The notes beneath the pieces are model-generated. The model was not told the DNA's origin and ran no database searches. It saw only the letters and a program-made list of their open reading frames with translations. The translations under genes were made by a program, and so were the position numbers. This document shows positions 39,875 through 49,313 of a stretch of 64,000 nucleotides of DNA, in pieces; positions within the stretch are counted from its first letter, which is position 1; the number at the start of each line of letters is the position of its first letter. The stretch lies in the IMG/VR virus record IMGVR_UViG_3300035515_000417, positions 23,961-87,960 of that record; one strand, given 5' to 3'. The stretch comes from a virus. Taxonomy: Duplodnaviria > Caudoviricetes.

Positions 39875-40558
39875 ATGAAACCAATGCCAAAAGAATTAAG
39901 AGATATGTTATGTGAGTTCTTCATTTGTGAAATAGGAGCTTCTGCAATGGATGGAGTCACATATACCATGATAATAAAAGATGAGAACAATAAGAAATCA
40001 ATGGCAAACATAGAGAGATATAAGCAAATTAAGACAGAGGCTCTTAAGGCAGGATTTGGTGATAATGAGGCTTTTAGGGTATATGAGGTATCAAATGGAT
40101 ATGTGTTTGATATGGATTTATACTTTGCTAAGCAGATATTAGCAGAGATAGCTAAGTCAGTCCCGGTAAAAGAGGGTGAACAGCCAATACCAACAGACTT
40201 AATGAAAGATATGCCAGATAGAAGGAGAAAGAAAGATATTTATGATTTGGCTAAGCATCTCACAAATGAATATAACAAAGGTAATTTGAGGGTAGAGGTA
40301 GCCTTGTTTAATAAAAACTCTACAAATAGGATAAATGTTACGGGCAGGGGACCTTCTGGTGAGAAACTGATGATAGTTTTCCCAGCATTTGCTTTAAGAC
40401 ATTTGGACATTGAAATTATAAATGAGAAATTTTTAATACCTAATGGGTTTAGGGTGAAAATGATTCAACCATGTGAGATACTTCCATCAAAGAATGGTGT
40501 AGCATTTATCTTTGAAATGGAATCAATGGAACAGTATGGTGATTACACTAAGTGGTAA
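39875..40558 (+). CDS. Hypothetical protein
   Basis: 227-aa ORF with AAAGGTGG RBS. Confidence 0.7.
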   Translation: MKPMPKELRDMLCEFFICEIGASAMDGVTYTMIIKDENNKKSMANIERYKQIKTEALKAGFGDNEAFRVYEVSNGYVFDMDLYFAKQILAEIAKSVPVKEGEQPIPTDLMKDMPDRRRKKDIYDLAKHLTNEYNKGNLRVEVALFNKNSTNRINVTGRGPSGEKLMIVFPAFALRHLDIEIINEKFLIPNGFRVKMIQPCEILPSKNGVAFIFEMESMEQYGDYTKW

Positions 40559-40587
40559 AAAGTAAAATTGAGAAAAGAGAAAAGAGA

Positions 40588-41523
40588 ATGAAATTTATAG
40601 TAAGACAGCCTAGACAAGTCAAAGATGGACAATTAGAAATGATAACAATACCATTGGAAGATGTGTTGGTACAGCAATATTCTGTGTTAAGTATAGATGG
40701 TTCAACAACTAATACTGGTATGTCGATACTTAGAGAATCTGATGGTGCATTACTATATAGTATTAGTGCAGTTAGGAATAAGGATACAGAGACACCAGTA
40801 AGATACAAGGTAAGTCTTAAAAGGCATGTGCTTGATTTGGTAAGAAGAAATAAATATATACAGACTATTATATATGAGGAGCCTGTAGTAGCTTATGCAA
40901 GTGCAGTTGCAAATTTATTTATGCTAAGAACTTTTGTAGAAGAAATGGTAATAGAGAATGAGCCAGAGTTAAACTACTTAAAGACATTTGAGGTAAGTAA
41001 TATGAAATGGAAAAAGTTGTTCTTAGCACCTGATAAAATACCACAGGGTTCAGAGAAACAGAAAGAGGCAGTAAGAAAGAAATTGGAGGCTTCACTTCCA
41101 TTCTTGCACACAGTGACACAAGATGAGATTGACTCAATATGTATGGGATATATAGCATGTGTAAGTTTGATGAAAAATCAAGGATTGGAAGAATTGCAGT
41201 CTAAAAAGAAATTAGCTAAGTTTCAGTACAATGTACAGTTTGTTGGTGCAGATTGTGATGAAAGTATCTTTGATGAATTTGGAGAAACATATACAGGACC
41301 TCAGTCAATACTTCAAAATGGAATATGTTTAAGAGAGATAGACAGACGAGCAAATTTTGAGAAATCAATATATGAATTAATGGGACAGGAAGATAAATTA
41401 GTAATCATCAAGTTTTCATCTGAACACCATAATAATATAGCGCTTGAGTATCAAATAGGTAGTATGGTAGCTATGTTTCCGTACATATATGCATTTGTTT
41501 GGAGGAAGACTAGGAAATATTAA
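40588..41523 (+). CDS. RuvC-like Holliday junction resolvase/RNase H-fold nuclease with C-terminal extension
   Basis: VLSIDGSTTNTGMSI, IIYEEPV, WKKLF, QDEIDSICMG give the D/E/DxxD acidic tetrad. Start may instead be GTG 40552. Confidence 0.6.
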   Translation: MKFIVRQPRQVKDGQLEMITIPLEDVLVQQYSVLSIDGSTTNTGMSILRESDGALLYSISAVRNKDTETPVRYKVSLKRHVLDLVRRNKYIQTIIYEEPVVAYASAVANLFMLRTFVEEMVIENEPELNYLKTFEVSNMKWKKLFLAPDKIPQGSEKQKEAVRKKLEASLPFLHTVTQDEIDSICMGYIACVSLMKNQGLEELQSKKKLAKFQYNVQFVGADCDESIFDEFGETYTGPQSILQNGICLREIDRRANFEKSIYELMGQEDKLVIIKFSSEHHNNIALEYQIGSMVAMFPYIYAFVWRKTRKY

Positions 41524-41623
41524 TCCTTAATCTATAAGTTAGGCATTAGAATGAAATGTGTGTAATTTTAAAATTAAAGTTAAAATAAAAATTATGCATA
41601 TTAAGAAAAGGAGATAACATATT

Positions 41624-42199
41624 ATGGTAAAGTGTGATTGGTGTAAAAAGGAAGTAGAGGCTGTAGAGGATTATACAGACGTAATAGGTACAATAAGATA
41701 CATATGCAAGGCTTGTAGAGAAACAGTAGATAATTGTGAATGCAGAAAGTGTGGAACATTGACAGACCCCAGTATGATGATAGATGGTTTATGTACCACA
41801 TGTGTACAGGCACAAATCTATGAGAAATCAAAGTTACGTGAGGAAGTAGATTATGGTAGCCAGGAGGCAATAGATGCTACAGGTGGAAAGAAAATGACAA
41901 ATGAGGACCTTCAGATATGGCTTACTTTAGGTAACAGTTACTCACCAAATGATATGAGAAGCCATGAGATGAAAAGGTTGTGGATAATGGTAAAGCTTGG
42001 AACTTCTGGAATAACAGACGAGAAGGACATGCCAGAGTATATTGATTGCATGGAAAAGATGCTTGATAGAAACTTTACAAAGCTTATAGGGCATAGATGT
42101 GACGTTATAGCTGCTAAGGATTCAGAATCAAGAAAGAGAGTAAGGCAATCAAAAGTAATAGATTTTGAGAAAGATGTATACATAGTAGAGGCTGAATAG
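41624..42199 (+). CDS. Zinc-finger protein
   Basis: CDWC, CKAC, CxCxxC and CTTC in the N-terminal 60 aa. Confidence 0.7.
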   Translation: MVKCDWCKKEVEAVEDYTDVIGTIRYICKACRETVDNCECRKCGTLTDPSMMIDGLCTTCVQAQIYEKSKLREEVDYGSQEAIDATGGKKMTNEDLQIWLTLGNSYSPNDMRSHEMKRLWIMVKLGTSGITDEKDMPEYIDCMEKMLDRNFTKLIGHRCDVIAAKDSESRKRVRQSKVIDFEKDVYIVEAE

Positions 42200-42252
42200 A
42201 GTTTAAAAGAGTAGAGCAAGGAAATTAAAAATAACATTTGGAGAAAATTAAA

Positions 42253-43422
42253 ATGCTTAATTCTAATATGATGAATACACTGATAGATATAGGGTTTGGT
42301 GCTGACATAGATTCCCTAGAATCCTATTTAATAGATTATAGACATGCAGAGTTAGTAAGTGACTTATCTCTGTATGCCTATAATCATTTAAAATTAATGC
42401 AAATACTACAGGAAATAAGAAGTGGTTCAGTAGCGCTTAATAGTAGTAACAGATTGACAAAGACCAAACTTGATGAAAATAAGGATATAAGGTTTAGAGA
42501 GACACCTAACAAATACATAGAAATGTCATATGGAATAAACAGTCAAAAGCTTGAAGCATTTAGAAGTAATTTAAGGCTTGGTGTAAATGAGTCAAGGGAT
42601 TTAATAGCTTTGACTAATATACAGGGAATAAATATAAAGTGTGTCTATATTGAGGGTGAGTTGGACAGTGTAAATTTAATAGGTGACAATGCTAAATATA
42701 CAGACATCACAGAACAGGTAGAGGATTTACTTCCAAATTCAATTGATGAACTTGAAAGATTTGGTGTAGTAGAATTAAGAGGAAAGTTGACAATAAGTAA
42801 TAACAATAAAGCATTGCAGAATAAATCATTATGTATAGAGTGTGCTACAATGCATTGTATTAGGACAGATACAAATATAGATAAATTAGCAATTGTGATA
42901 AATGATATACTATTAGATAATTTTGTATATGAGGATATGCCATTTCATACACAGTGGGAAAAAATGGAATATCTTGAGGATTTAGAGTTTAATATACCAG
43001 AGTACAGTTTAGTACGAGGGGTATTTGAAGATACATTAGGTTCGGCATTAAATGGTTTCAATGAACATTTTAATGAAATAGAAGAGGCAGGAACAGATTT
43101 TAAGTTTAACAGTATAGATGTAAGAATAAATAATAAATTAAAGTGTTATGACCAAGATGAAAGAATTATATATAATTCTAAAGATTACAATAGCAATTCA
43201 ATTTTTACTTCTACAATAAAATCAATAAATACTAAGTTTAAGAATAATAGAATAATAGCCGTGTTAAATATAGTGGATACTCAGTGTAATGATGAGCTGG
43301 TCATAAGTGAGATAGATATAGATGATATTTACATGATAGAGAGCAATGAATTGAAGATAGGTGGGCAGGTAAGATTTTGTATAAGTGAAAGAAAAGCAGT
43401 GCCATACTTCAGTAAAAAATAA
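42253..43422 (+). CDS. Degenerate NAD-dependent DNA ligase N-half (adenylation + OB domains), catalytic motifs lost
   Basis: LTNIQGINIKCVYIEGEL aligns to motif I (KxDG...Y.xG). ELRGK for EVRGE, NSIDVR for DGIVVK, FHTQWEKMEYLEDLEF, OB-fold end LKIGGQV. Confidence 0.6.
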   Translation: MLNSNMMNTLIDIGFGADIDSLESYLIDYRHAELVSDLSLYAYNHLKLMQILQEIRSGSVALNSSNRLTKTKLDENKDIRFRETPNKYIEMSYGINSQKLEAFRSNLRLGVNESRDLIALTNIQGINIKCVYIEGELDSVNLIGDNAKYTDITEQVEDLLPNSIDELERFGVVELRGKLTISNNNKALQNKSLCIECATMHCIRTDTNIDKLAIVINDILLDNFVYEDMPFHTQWEKMEYLEDLEFNIPEYSLVRGVFEDTLGSALNGFNEHFNEIEEAGTDFKFNSIDVRINNKLKCYDQDERIIYNSKDYNSNSIFTSTIKSINTKFKNNRIIAVLNIVDTQCNDELVISEIDIDDIYMIESNELKIGGQVRFCISERKAVPYFSKK

Positions 43423-43604
43423 ATGTCAACTATAATAATAAATAGCTTATGAGGTACAAAACAAAGCAATGTTAAGTGCTAAAATACTTCAGTAAAATTA
43501 GAGGTTCTATAAACAAAACATTTAAAATAAAGGAAATTATAAAAAGGATTTAATTAGTGACCTAAAAAGGTACTAGTTAGGAAAAACTGAAAGGCAGGTT
43601 AAAA

Positions 43605-45392
43605 ATGAGTGACTTAGGATTTGAGTTTGATTTTGACGATAGTTTATTTGACACCAAGGCAAAGAACAATAATGACAAAGGGTTTGACTTAGATGATTTT
43701 GATGATTTTGAGGGTTCAGAAAACTCAGACAGTTTAGACAGTGGCAATGCCGAGGAATTACCAGAGAGTACAGAAAATAATGAGGAAGGCTTATTTGGTG
43801 ACCTTGACTCCTTTCTTGAAGAAACAGATTCACTGTCAGAATCCTTATTATCAGATGATGATTTAGGAGCTAACTTTGATGATGATTTAGATTTTGATGA
43901 ACCAGAAACAGACTCAGAGTCTGAAGAAGTTCAGACAAGTACAAATTTTGATGACATTTTAGATAATGCAGAGGTACATGATGATTCTGAATCAGGTTTA
44001 ATGAATAACAATACAGATTTTGATGAGGACATTAGTGATGGAGCTATAGTGGATGATATTGACCTTCATGATGAAGAGGAGGAAGTAATTCAACCAAGAG
44101 ATACAGATTTCATAAGTGAGACAGGCACTATAGTAGTTCAGGATGCTAATGATGATAAAGAGAATGGTTTTGAACTTGTATACGTTCCAATTGATAAGAT
44201 AGCAATAACTCAAAGAATTAGAAAAATGAAATCTGTTGAGAGCTTGGTACAATCAATCCAGTCCACAGGTTTACTGAAACCATTGGTAGTAGCAGAGACA
44301 GCTACAGAGGGAATGTATGTATTACTTGATGGATATAGAAGAATACAGGCTTGCGCAAGGGTAGGAAAAACAAAAGTGCCCTGCATAGTTAATACAAGAG
44401 TGAGTACACCAGAAATTCCAATACTTGAGGCTATGTACAACCACTCACAGAAGTATTCAATACAAGAACAGATAGGATACATAAACTACCTTGAGACACA
44501 GAAAGGTATAATGAATCCAGCAATGATAGAATACCTATTACAGATGAATAGCGGTGATTATACAAAGCTTAAAGATGTGTTGAATGATAATGATGATGAT
44601 ATAGTATCAAAGTTATACGATGGCGTTTATGATATAGCTACAGCCTTTAAAAAGCTTGAGCAGAGAAGAAAGAAAGAATCTGCTGAGGAAAAAGAGGATA
44701 GGAAAGCAGCTCAAGTTTATGATAACGAGCAGGAATCTGGTGTAGAGCAGATAAGAGGTTCTGGTGAGGATGCAGATGGTGAGGCATTAACAGAGGAACA
44801 AATTAATGCCTTGGCAATTAATCCTGAAAACCTTGACAAAGACATCGAGGATGCATCTATTGACGATATGGTACAAGCTGATAAAGATATAGAAGGTTTC
44901 GAACCACATAAGCAAAAGGTAGGTGAGCGTGAATATATAGACCCTATTATTAAAAAGACAGTCATGGCAAGGGATAATAGTACATGCCAGTGTTGTAAGA
45001 GAGGTGGTCAACAATATGTAGATGTACTAGATTATCACCATGTGTTACCCGTTTTTTTGGGTGGAGCTGATAACCCTGAGAATGGTATCATGTTATGTGT
45101 AACTTGTCATAGATTAGTACACTTATATTCAACAGCAGACCTTACAATAGATAGTGCACTACTTAATAGTAAGTATGAGGACATTGATGAAGAAGCTAAG
45201 CTGCGATATGAAAATGAACAAATCTTTGAGGATGAGAAGATGAGATTTAAGAGGATAATAAGGCTTGGTGGTGTAATAAGAAAAGGCATAGCACAGAAAG
45301 GTTTAAACAGAGAACAATATAAGAAGGAACACTCAAATGTTGGTATAGGCAGAAGGAAACCAGGTGTAAACGCAGAACAAGAGAAGTCCTAA
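43605..45392 (+). CDS. Fusion of acidic N-terminus, ParB/Srx domain and HNH endonuclease
   Basis: VESLVQSIQSTGLLKPLVV...LLDGYRRIQA (ParB box). VMARDNSTCQCC...YHHVLPVFLGGADNPENGIMLCVTCHRLVH (HNH). Confidence 0.8.
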   Translation: MSDLGFEFDFDDSLFDTKAKNNNDKGFDLDDFDDFEGSENSDSLDSGNAEELPESTENNEEGLFGDLDSFLEETDSLSESLLSDDDLGANFDDDLDFDEPETDSESEEVQTSTNFDDILDNAEVHDDSESGLMNNNTDFDEDISDGAIVDDIDLHDEEEEVIQPRDTDFISETGTIVVQDANDDKENGFELVYVPIDKIAITQRIRKMKSVESLVQSIQSTGLLKPLVVAETATEGMYVLLDGYRRIQACARVGKTKVPCIVNTRVSTPEIPILEAMYNHSQKYSIQEQIGYINYLETQKGIMNPAMIEYLLQMNSGDYTKLKDVLNDNDDDIVSKLYDGVYDIATAFKKLEQRRKKESAEEKEDRKAAQVYDNEQESGVEQIRGSGEDADGEALTEEQINALAINPENLDKDIEDASIDDMVQADKDIEGFEPHKQKVGEREYIDPIIKKTVMARDNSTCQCCKRGGQQYVDVLDYHHVLPVFLGGADNPENGIMLCVTCHRLVHLYSTADLTIDSALLNSKYEDIDEEAKLRYENEQIFEDEKMRFKRIIRLGGVIRKGIAQKGLNREQYKKEHSNVGIGRRKPGVNAEQEKS

Positions 45393-45441
45393 CAAAGTAG
45401 CACAATTAAAATTAAAATAACAAAGAAAAGGAGAAGTAATC

Positions 45442-45666
45442 ATGAAACTTTTAGACCAGAACAATTCAGAGAAAGAAGTTAGTGGGGGAGCAGTATTCGG
45501 ATACATATTATTAGCCGCAGCTGCTGTAGTAGTAATTGCCTTCTTGGTGTTTGTATGTATACAAAAGATTGGTGGTAGTAAAGAGACATCAGATACAGAA
45601 ACATCCAGAATAGAATCAGTTACGGATATATATGACTTCAATTTTGAAGAGGGATTGCTTAGTTAA
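45442..45666 (+). CDS. Small single-TM protein
   Basis: GAVFGYILLAAAAVVVIAFLVFVCI; RBS AAGGAG. Confidence 0.65.
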   Translation: MKLLDQNNSEKEVSGGAVFGYILLAAAAVVVIAFLVFVCIQKIGGSKETSDTETSRIESVTDIYDFNFEEGLLS

Positions 45667-45722
45667 ATATAAAATACAGTAGGTCAAGCTAAAATAGTTA
45701 AGAGTAAAAGAGGTGATGCAGT

Positions 45723-46181
45723 GTGAGAATGGTTAAGTCGAATAATGGTGATGATAACAATGAGGCTTCAAGAGAAGCAAGTAGAATAAAAGCTCAAATT
45801 AAAAAGATAAATCCAGATACAATAGAATGTAGGCACCTGACTAGTAATATTTTAGTAAAGGCTTATATAAAAAGTGATATGCATTTTGAAATAGGTCAAG
45901 TGGTGTTACTTGAATTTAGGAACAATGGTACATACAGTGGATACATAGTTGTAGACGACCTAATGGAGGAAATAGAGGCAGACGTATTAGAGGCTCAGCA
46001 CATAGTATCTGACGGAATGATGTATACCAGTTTAATTTTAGAGAATCCTAAGACAAAACAAAGAATGCATTCTTTAATACCAAGTAACAATCAATTGTTC
46101 TGTAATGCTAGTGTAGTGATAACAGGTGACAAAGTAAAATTAAGAATAAATAATGGAAATTTGTTTAATCTTGAGTATTAA
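45723..46181 (+). CDS. Hypothetical beta-rich protein
   Basis: 152-aa ORF with GAGGTG RBS; two similar beta-strand blocks ending GQVVLLEF and GDKVKLRI (OB-like, uncertain). Confidence 0.6.
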   Translation: MRMVKSNNGDDNNEASREASRIKAQIKKINPDTIECRHLTSNILVKAYIKSDMHFEIGQVVLLEFRNNGTYSGYIVVDDLMEEIEADVLEAQHIVSDGMMYTSLILENPKTKQRMHSLIPSNNQLFCNASVVITGDKVKLRINNGNLFNLEY

Positions 46182-46198
46182 TAAAGGAACAAGTAAAA

Positions 46199-47179
46199 AT
46201 GGGTATATCTTATGAAGAGGCATTAATGAATGGGCTAATATCTGAGACGACTAGGAATATGTTACCTGACAAATGTGCCTGTGGTAGTAAATATGAATTA
46301 AATGACTCATTGACAGTAATTCAATGTACTAATAAAAAGTGTAAGGAATACTTAATAGACAGAATAGAGAATTTTAATGTAATGGTTGGACTTGATATAG
46401 ATAAACCAGAGCTAAGAAACATAGTAAAGAAGCTTAATATTCAGACACCATATCAAATATTAATGTTAGATGAGGCATTAAGTAAAGATGTAATAACATC
46501 AAAGGATTTGTCAAATCATAAAGAAGTAGTGGATAGATTGGACAAAATAAAAAAAGCACCAGTGAGTTTAGTAAATATTGTAAGGATTTGTGGGATAAAG
46601 GTAATATCCAAAGTTGCATATAAGATATTTGATGGGTTCAATACAATTGATGAGGCTTACACAGAAATAGAAACAAGACAGATTACATTTATAAATGAAA
46701 GGCTTGGAATAAAAGATACAGACAGTAGTATATTTTCTGCTGACATATATAGTAAAATAATTGAGCTAAAAGATGAATTTATATTGGCAGAAATGTTACT
46801 GAATGTACAATCAGATAATCAGGATAACATTATAAGAATAGCCTTTACAGATAATGTACAGCCATATGTGAACAAGTCAGAGTTTGTTGAGTTCTTAAAT
46901 GATAAGTACAGTTACAAGTTTATATTGTTGAGTTCAGTGAATGACAATACTGATATACTTGTAAGTAATGCACTAAGTCAGAATACAAAATATAGAACAG
47001 CTCGAATAATAAACAATGAGCAGATAGCAAAAGAGATGAAGGCTGGTGAATTGGAACTCAAGGATGCAGAGAAGAAAATTAAATATCAGTTAAAACCAAG
47101 AGGTTGTAAGATATTTATAGACTCTCTGGAAAATGTGTTGGACAAGTTGGATGAAATAGAAAGGCATAATGCAGAATAA
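46199..47179 (+). CDS. NAD-dependent DNA ligase C-half homologue (Zn finger, HhH, BRCT)
   Basis: LPDKCACGS...QCTNKKC..YLIDRIENF, LDID, VRICGIKVIS..AYKIFDGF, BRCT IAFTD...SSVNDNTDILVS...TKYRTA. Confidence 0.65.
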   Translation: MGISYEEALMNGLISETTRNMLPDKCACGSKYELNDSLTVIQCTNKKCKEYLIDRIENFNVMVGLDIDKPELRNIVKKLNIQTPYQILMLDEALSKDVITSKDLSNHKEVVDRLDKIKKAPVSLVNIVRICGIKVISKVAYKIFDGFNTIDEAYTEIETRQITFINERLGIKDTDSSIFSADIYSKIIELKDEFILAEMLLNVQSDNQDNIIRIAFTDNVQPYVNKSEFVEFLNDKYSYKFILLSSVNDNTDILVSNALSQNTKYRTARIINNEQIAKEMKAGELELKDAEKKIKYQLKPRGCKIFIDSLENVLDKLDEIERHNAE

Positions 47180-47211
47180 AAATCAATAGTAAAAGAGGAA
47201 GTAGTAGCAAA

Positions 47212-47673
47212 ATGTCAGAGGCTAAGTATCGATTAGTAGGAAAGCAATTTGATGGTGTCGAGATAGCAAGACTAATAATAGAAAAGATAGATGAGGGTAG
47301 CGAGAGCAGGCAGCCAATATCTATCAAAAATGCAATAAAGCTTGCTAGGGATGAAAAGATACAAAATGCAAAAAGTGTATACAATGTAAATACAAATGAA
47401 TACTTACTTGATGTAAGAGGGGGATATGGAACTCTTGAAACAATTAAAAATGACTCAAACATAAGCATAGAGCTTAAGGCAAGGTTGATTACAGGTGGAA
47501 AATGTGTAGGATACAAAGCCATAGATAACAAGGGTAAGATATATAAGTTAAGTATAGAGAAGGTATGGGGATTGGCAGAGCAGGGTGCAGTAAATGGTGT
47601 AACAGCCAAGTTTATAGGTGATAAGAAAGTTTTAATAGGGAGCCTTGATGAACTGCCAAAAATCATTAATTAA
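47212..47673 (+). CDS. Stand-alone two-repeat GY-domain protein
   Basis: YRLVGKQFDG... and ARLITGGKCVGYKAID...LAEQGAVN...LDELP; the latter is very similar to 29080 repeat 2 (NGKCIGY). Confidence 0.75.
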   Translation: MSEAKYRLVGKQFDGVEIARLIIEKIDEGSESRQPISIKNAIKLARDEKIQNAKSVYNVNTNEYLLDVRGGYGTLETIKNDSNISIELKARLITGGKCVGYKAIDNKGKIYKLSIEKVWGLAEQGAVNGVTAKFIGDKKVLIGSLDELPKIIN

Positions 47674-47693
47674 AAATTAAAGTAGCAGTGGTA

Positions 47694-47722
47694 TTGACAA
47701 ATTTGTTAAAATGTGTTAAAAT
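47694..47722 (+). promoter_or_regulatory. Sigma-A promoter of infC
   Basis: TTGACA-17 bp-TAAAAT with extended -10 TGT. Confidence 0.75.
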
Positions 47723-47771
47723 AAAAATAAGTTAGTAAAAATTTAAAATAAGAGTGAGGATAAAATATTAT

Positions 47772-48278
47772 ATGTACATTATTACTAGAGAGTCTAACAT
47801 TAAGAAATTGAGATTAGTTACAGGAAATAGAGAGGCTCCAAGAGATGTTGATTTGAGTGAAGCTCTCAATATGGCTGATGAGCAGGAATTAGACCTTATA
47901 TGTGTCAGTGAAAAAGATGACATGATCGTAGCTAAAATAGATGACTACAGTAAGATGCTATATGAGAAGCAAAAGAGAGAAAAAGAGAACAGAAAGAAAG
48001 CTAGGTTAAATTCTCAGGAATTAAAGGAAATACAGATAAGCAATGTAATAGCAGAGCATGATTTGTTGACAAAGGCAAAAAATGCCAGTAGGATACTTGG
48101 TAATGGTGACAAGGTAAAACTGGTAATTACATATAAAGGTAGGTCAATAAAATTGATTGGTCAGGGTGAATCTAAACTATATGAATTGACAGATAAGATA
48201 GAAACAAAATTTAACGTAGAGAGAGCACCTAAAATAGAGGGAAACAGAGTAACAATGATTTTGTCTCCAATGAAATAA
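47772..48278 (+). CDS. infC: Translation initiation factor IF-3 (divergent)
   Basis: LRLV...EALNMADEQELDLICVS...VAKIDDYSKMLYEKQKREKE...KEIQI...IAEHDLLTKAK.A..IL.NGDKVKLVI.YKGR...APKIEGNRVTMILSP. Confidence 0.85.
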   Translation: MYIITRESNIKKLRLVTGNREAPRDVDLSEALNMADEQELDLICVSEKDDMIVAKIDDYSKMLYEKQKREKENRKKARLNSQELKEIQISNVIAEHDLLTKAKNASRILGNGDKVKLVITYKGRSIKLIGQGESKLYELTDKIETKFNVERAPKIEGNRVTMILSPMK

Positions 48279-48309
48279 AAGTACACAGAGTAAGGAGGTT
48301 TACTGGGAA

Positions 48310-49074
48310 ATGAAAATAAAGAAAATTATAGCCATAGCAGGTATAGTTACTTTATCAACACTTAATATAATGGCTTGTGGCAAGTCAGATGATGAAGATA
48401 CAGGTGTTATAATAGGGGCAGTTGATAGTGGTAATGACTCAGGTAAAACAGTAGATTTGAGTAAAGATACTACAGTCAAGAGTGATGATGTAGCAATAGA
48501 TAATAACGAGGAACAAGAGGAAGAACAAGTTTATACAGAGGATATAACTGAAGAAAACTTCTCATTATATGGTACATGGGTGTCAGTTAGAGGTGACACC
48601 ATGATGCTTACACCAGCAGGCAATTTCAGTGGATTTATATTTAATTCTGATGGAACATCTGGTGAAAATGTAAATGGTACATACACAACTGATAATGAGA
48701 CATATATAAATGTATTAGAATCTGATAGATATGAAATTGTGGAAACTCAGGACGAAGAGGGTAATACAGTAACAGAGCAGCAGCCACTTGATGACAGAGA
48801 ATATAATTTCACCATAAAGAGTATGGGTGTAGGAAATGACATCACAGAAACATATACATATTTAATGACAGTAGAGCTTAATGGTGTTGAGATTGACTTA
48901 AGAAAAGATATGAGTTTAGAATCTAACTATGATGATAGCTTTTATGACTATGAAACAGCTACAGTAGATGAGGAAATCAAGGAAATGGACGACACAGAGG
49001 ACATCAATGCAGATACAGAAGGTGTTGAAATAGAAGTAGTAGAGGAAACAGTAGTTTCAGAGAATAGCAATTAA
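48310..49074 (+). CDS. Acidic lipoprotein
   Basis: MKIKK start, hydrophobic core and IMAC lipobox; D/E/T-rich. Confidence 0.7.
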   Translation: MKIKKIIAIAGIVTLSTLNIMACGKSDDEDTGVIIGAVDSGNDSGKTVDLSKDTTVKSDDVAIDNNEEQEEEQVYTEDITEENFSLYGTWVSVRGDTMMLTPAGNFSGFIFNSDGTSGENVNGTYTTDNETYINVLESDRYEIVETQDEEGNTVTEQQPLDDREYNFTIKSMGVGNDITETYTYLMTVELNGVEIDLRKDMSLESNYDDSFYDYETATVDEEIKEMDDTEDINADTEGVEIEVVEETVVSENSN

Positions 49075-49140
49075 TAGCTAACTAGTGAATATTTCAAAAT
49101 ACAGAGTAAAATATCAGTTCACAGAATGGATAATTAAAAA

Positions 49141-49182
49141 ATCATAAGGAGTATGCAGAAATATACATACTCCTTATGATTT
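49141..49182 (+). terminator. Intrinsic terminator
   Basis: Perfect 15-bp inverted repeat ATCATAAGGAGTATG/CATACTCCTTATGAT. Confidence 0.7.
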
Positions 49183-49219
49183 GAACACTAAATACTATTG
49201 TAAAACATTATTACAATTG

Positions 49220-49249
49220 TTGACAGAATAATAATTTTGTGTTTAACAT
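49220..49249 (+). promoter_or_regulatory. Probable sigma-A promoter of the LRR gene
   Basis: TTGACA-18 bp-TAACAT preceded by TGTG. Confidence 0.45.
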
Positions 49250-49313
49250 ATAAATAATCATTAAGATTATATAAGTGTATATTAAATTTTTAAAATTTAG
49301 GTGGTGTGTGAAC

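Noticed and set aside
42238-43422. Calling 42253 an active DNA ligase (ligA)
   Set aside because: The motif I lysine and other catalytic residues are absent; reported as a degenerate homologue instead.
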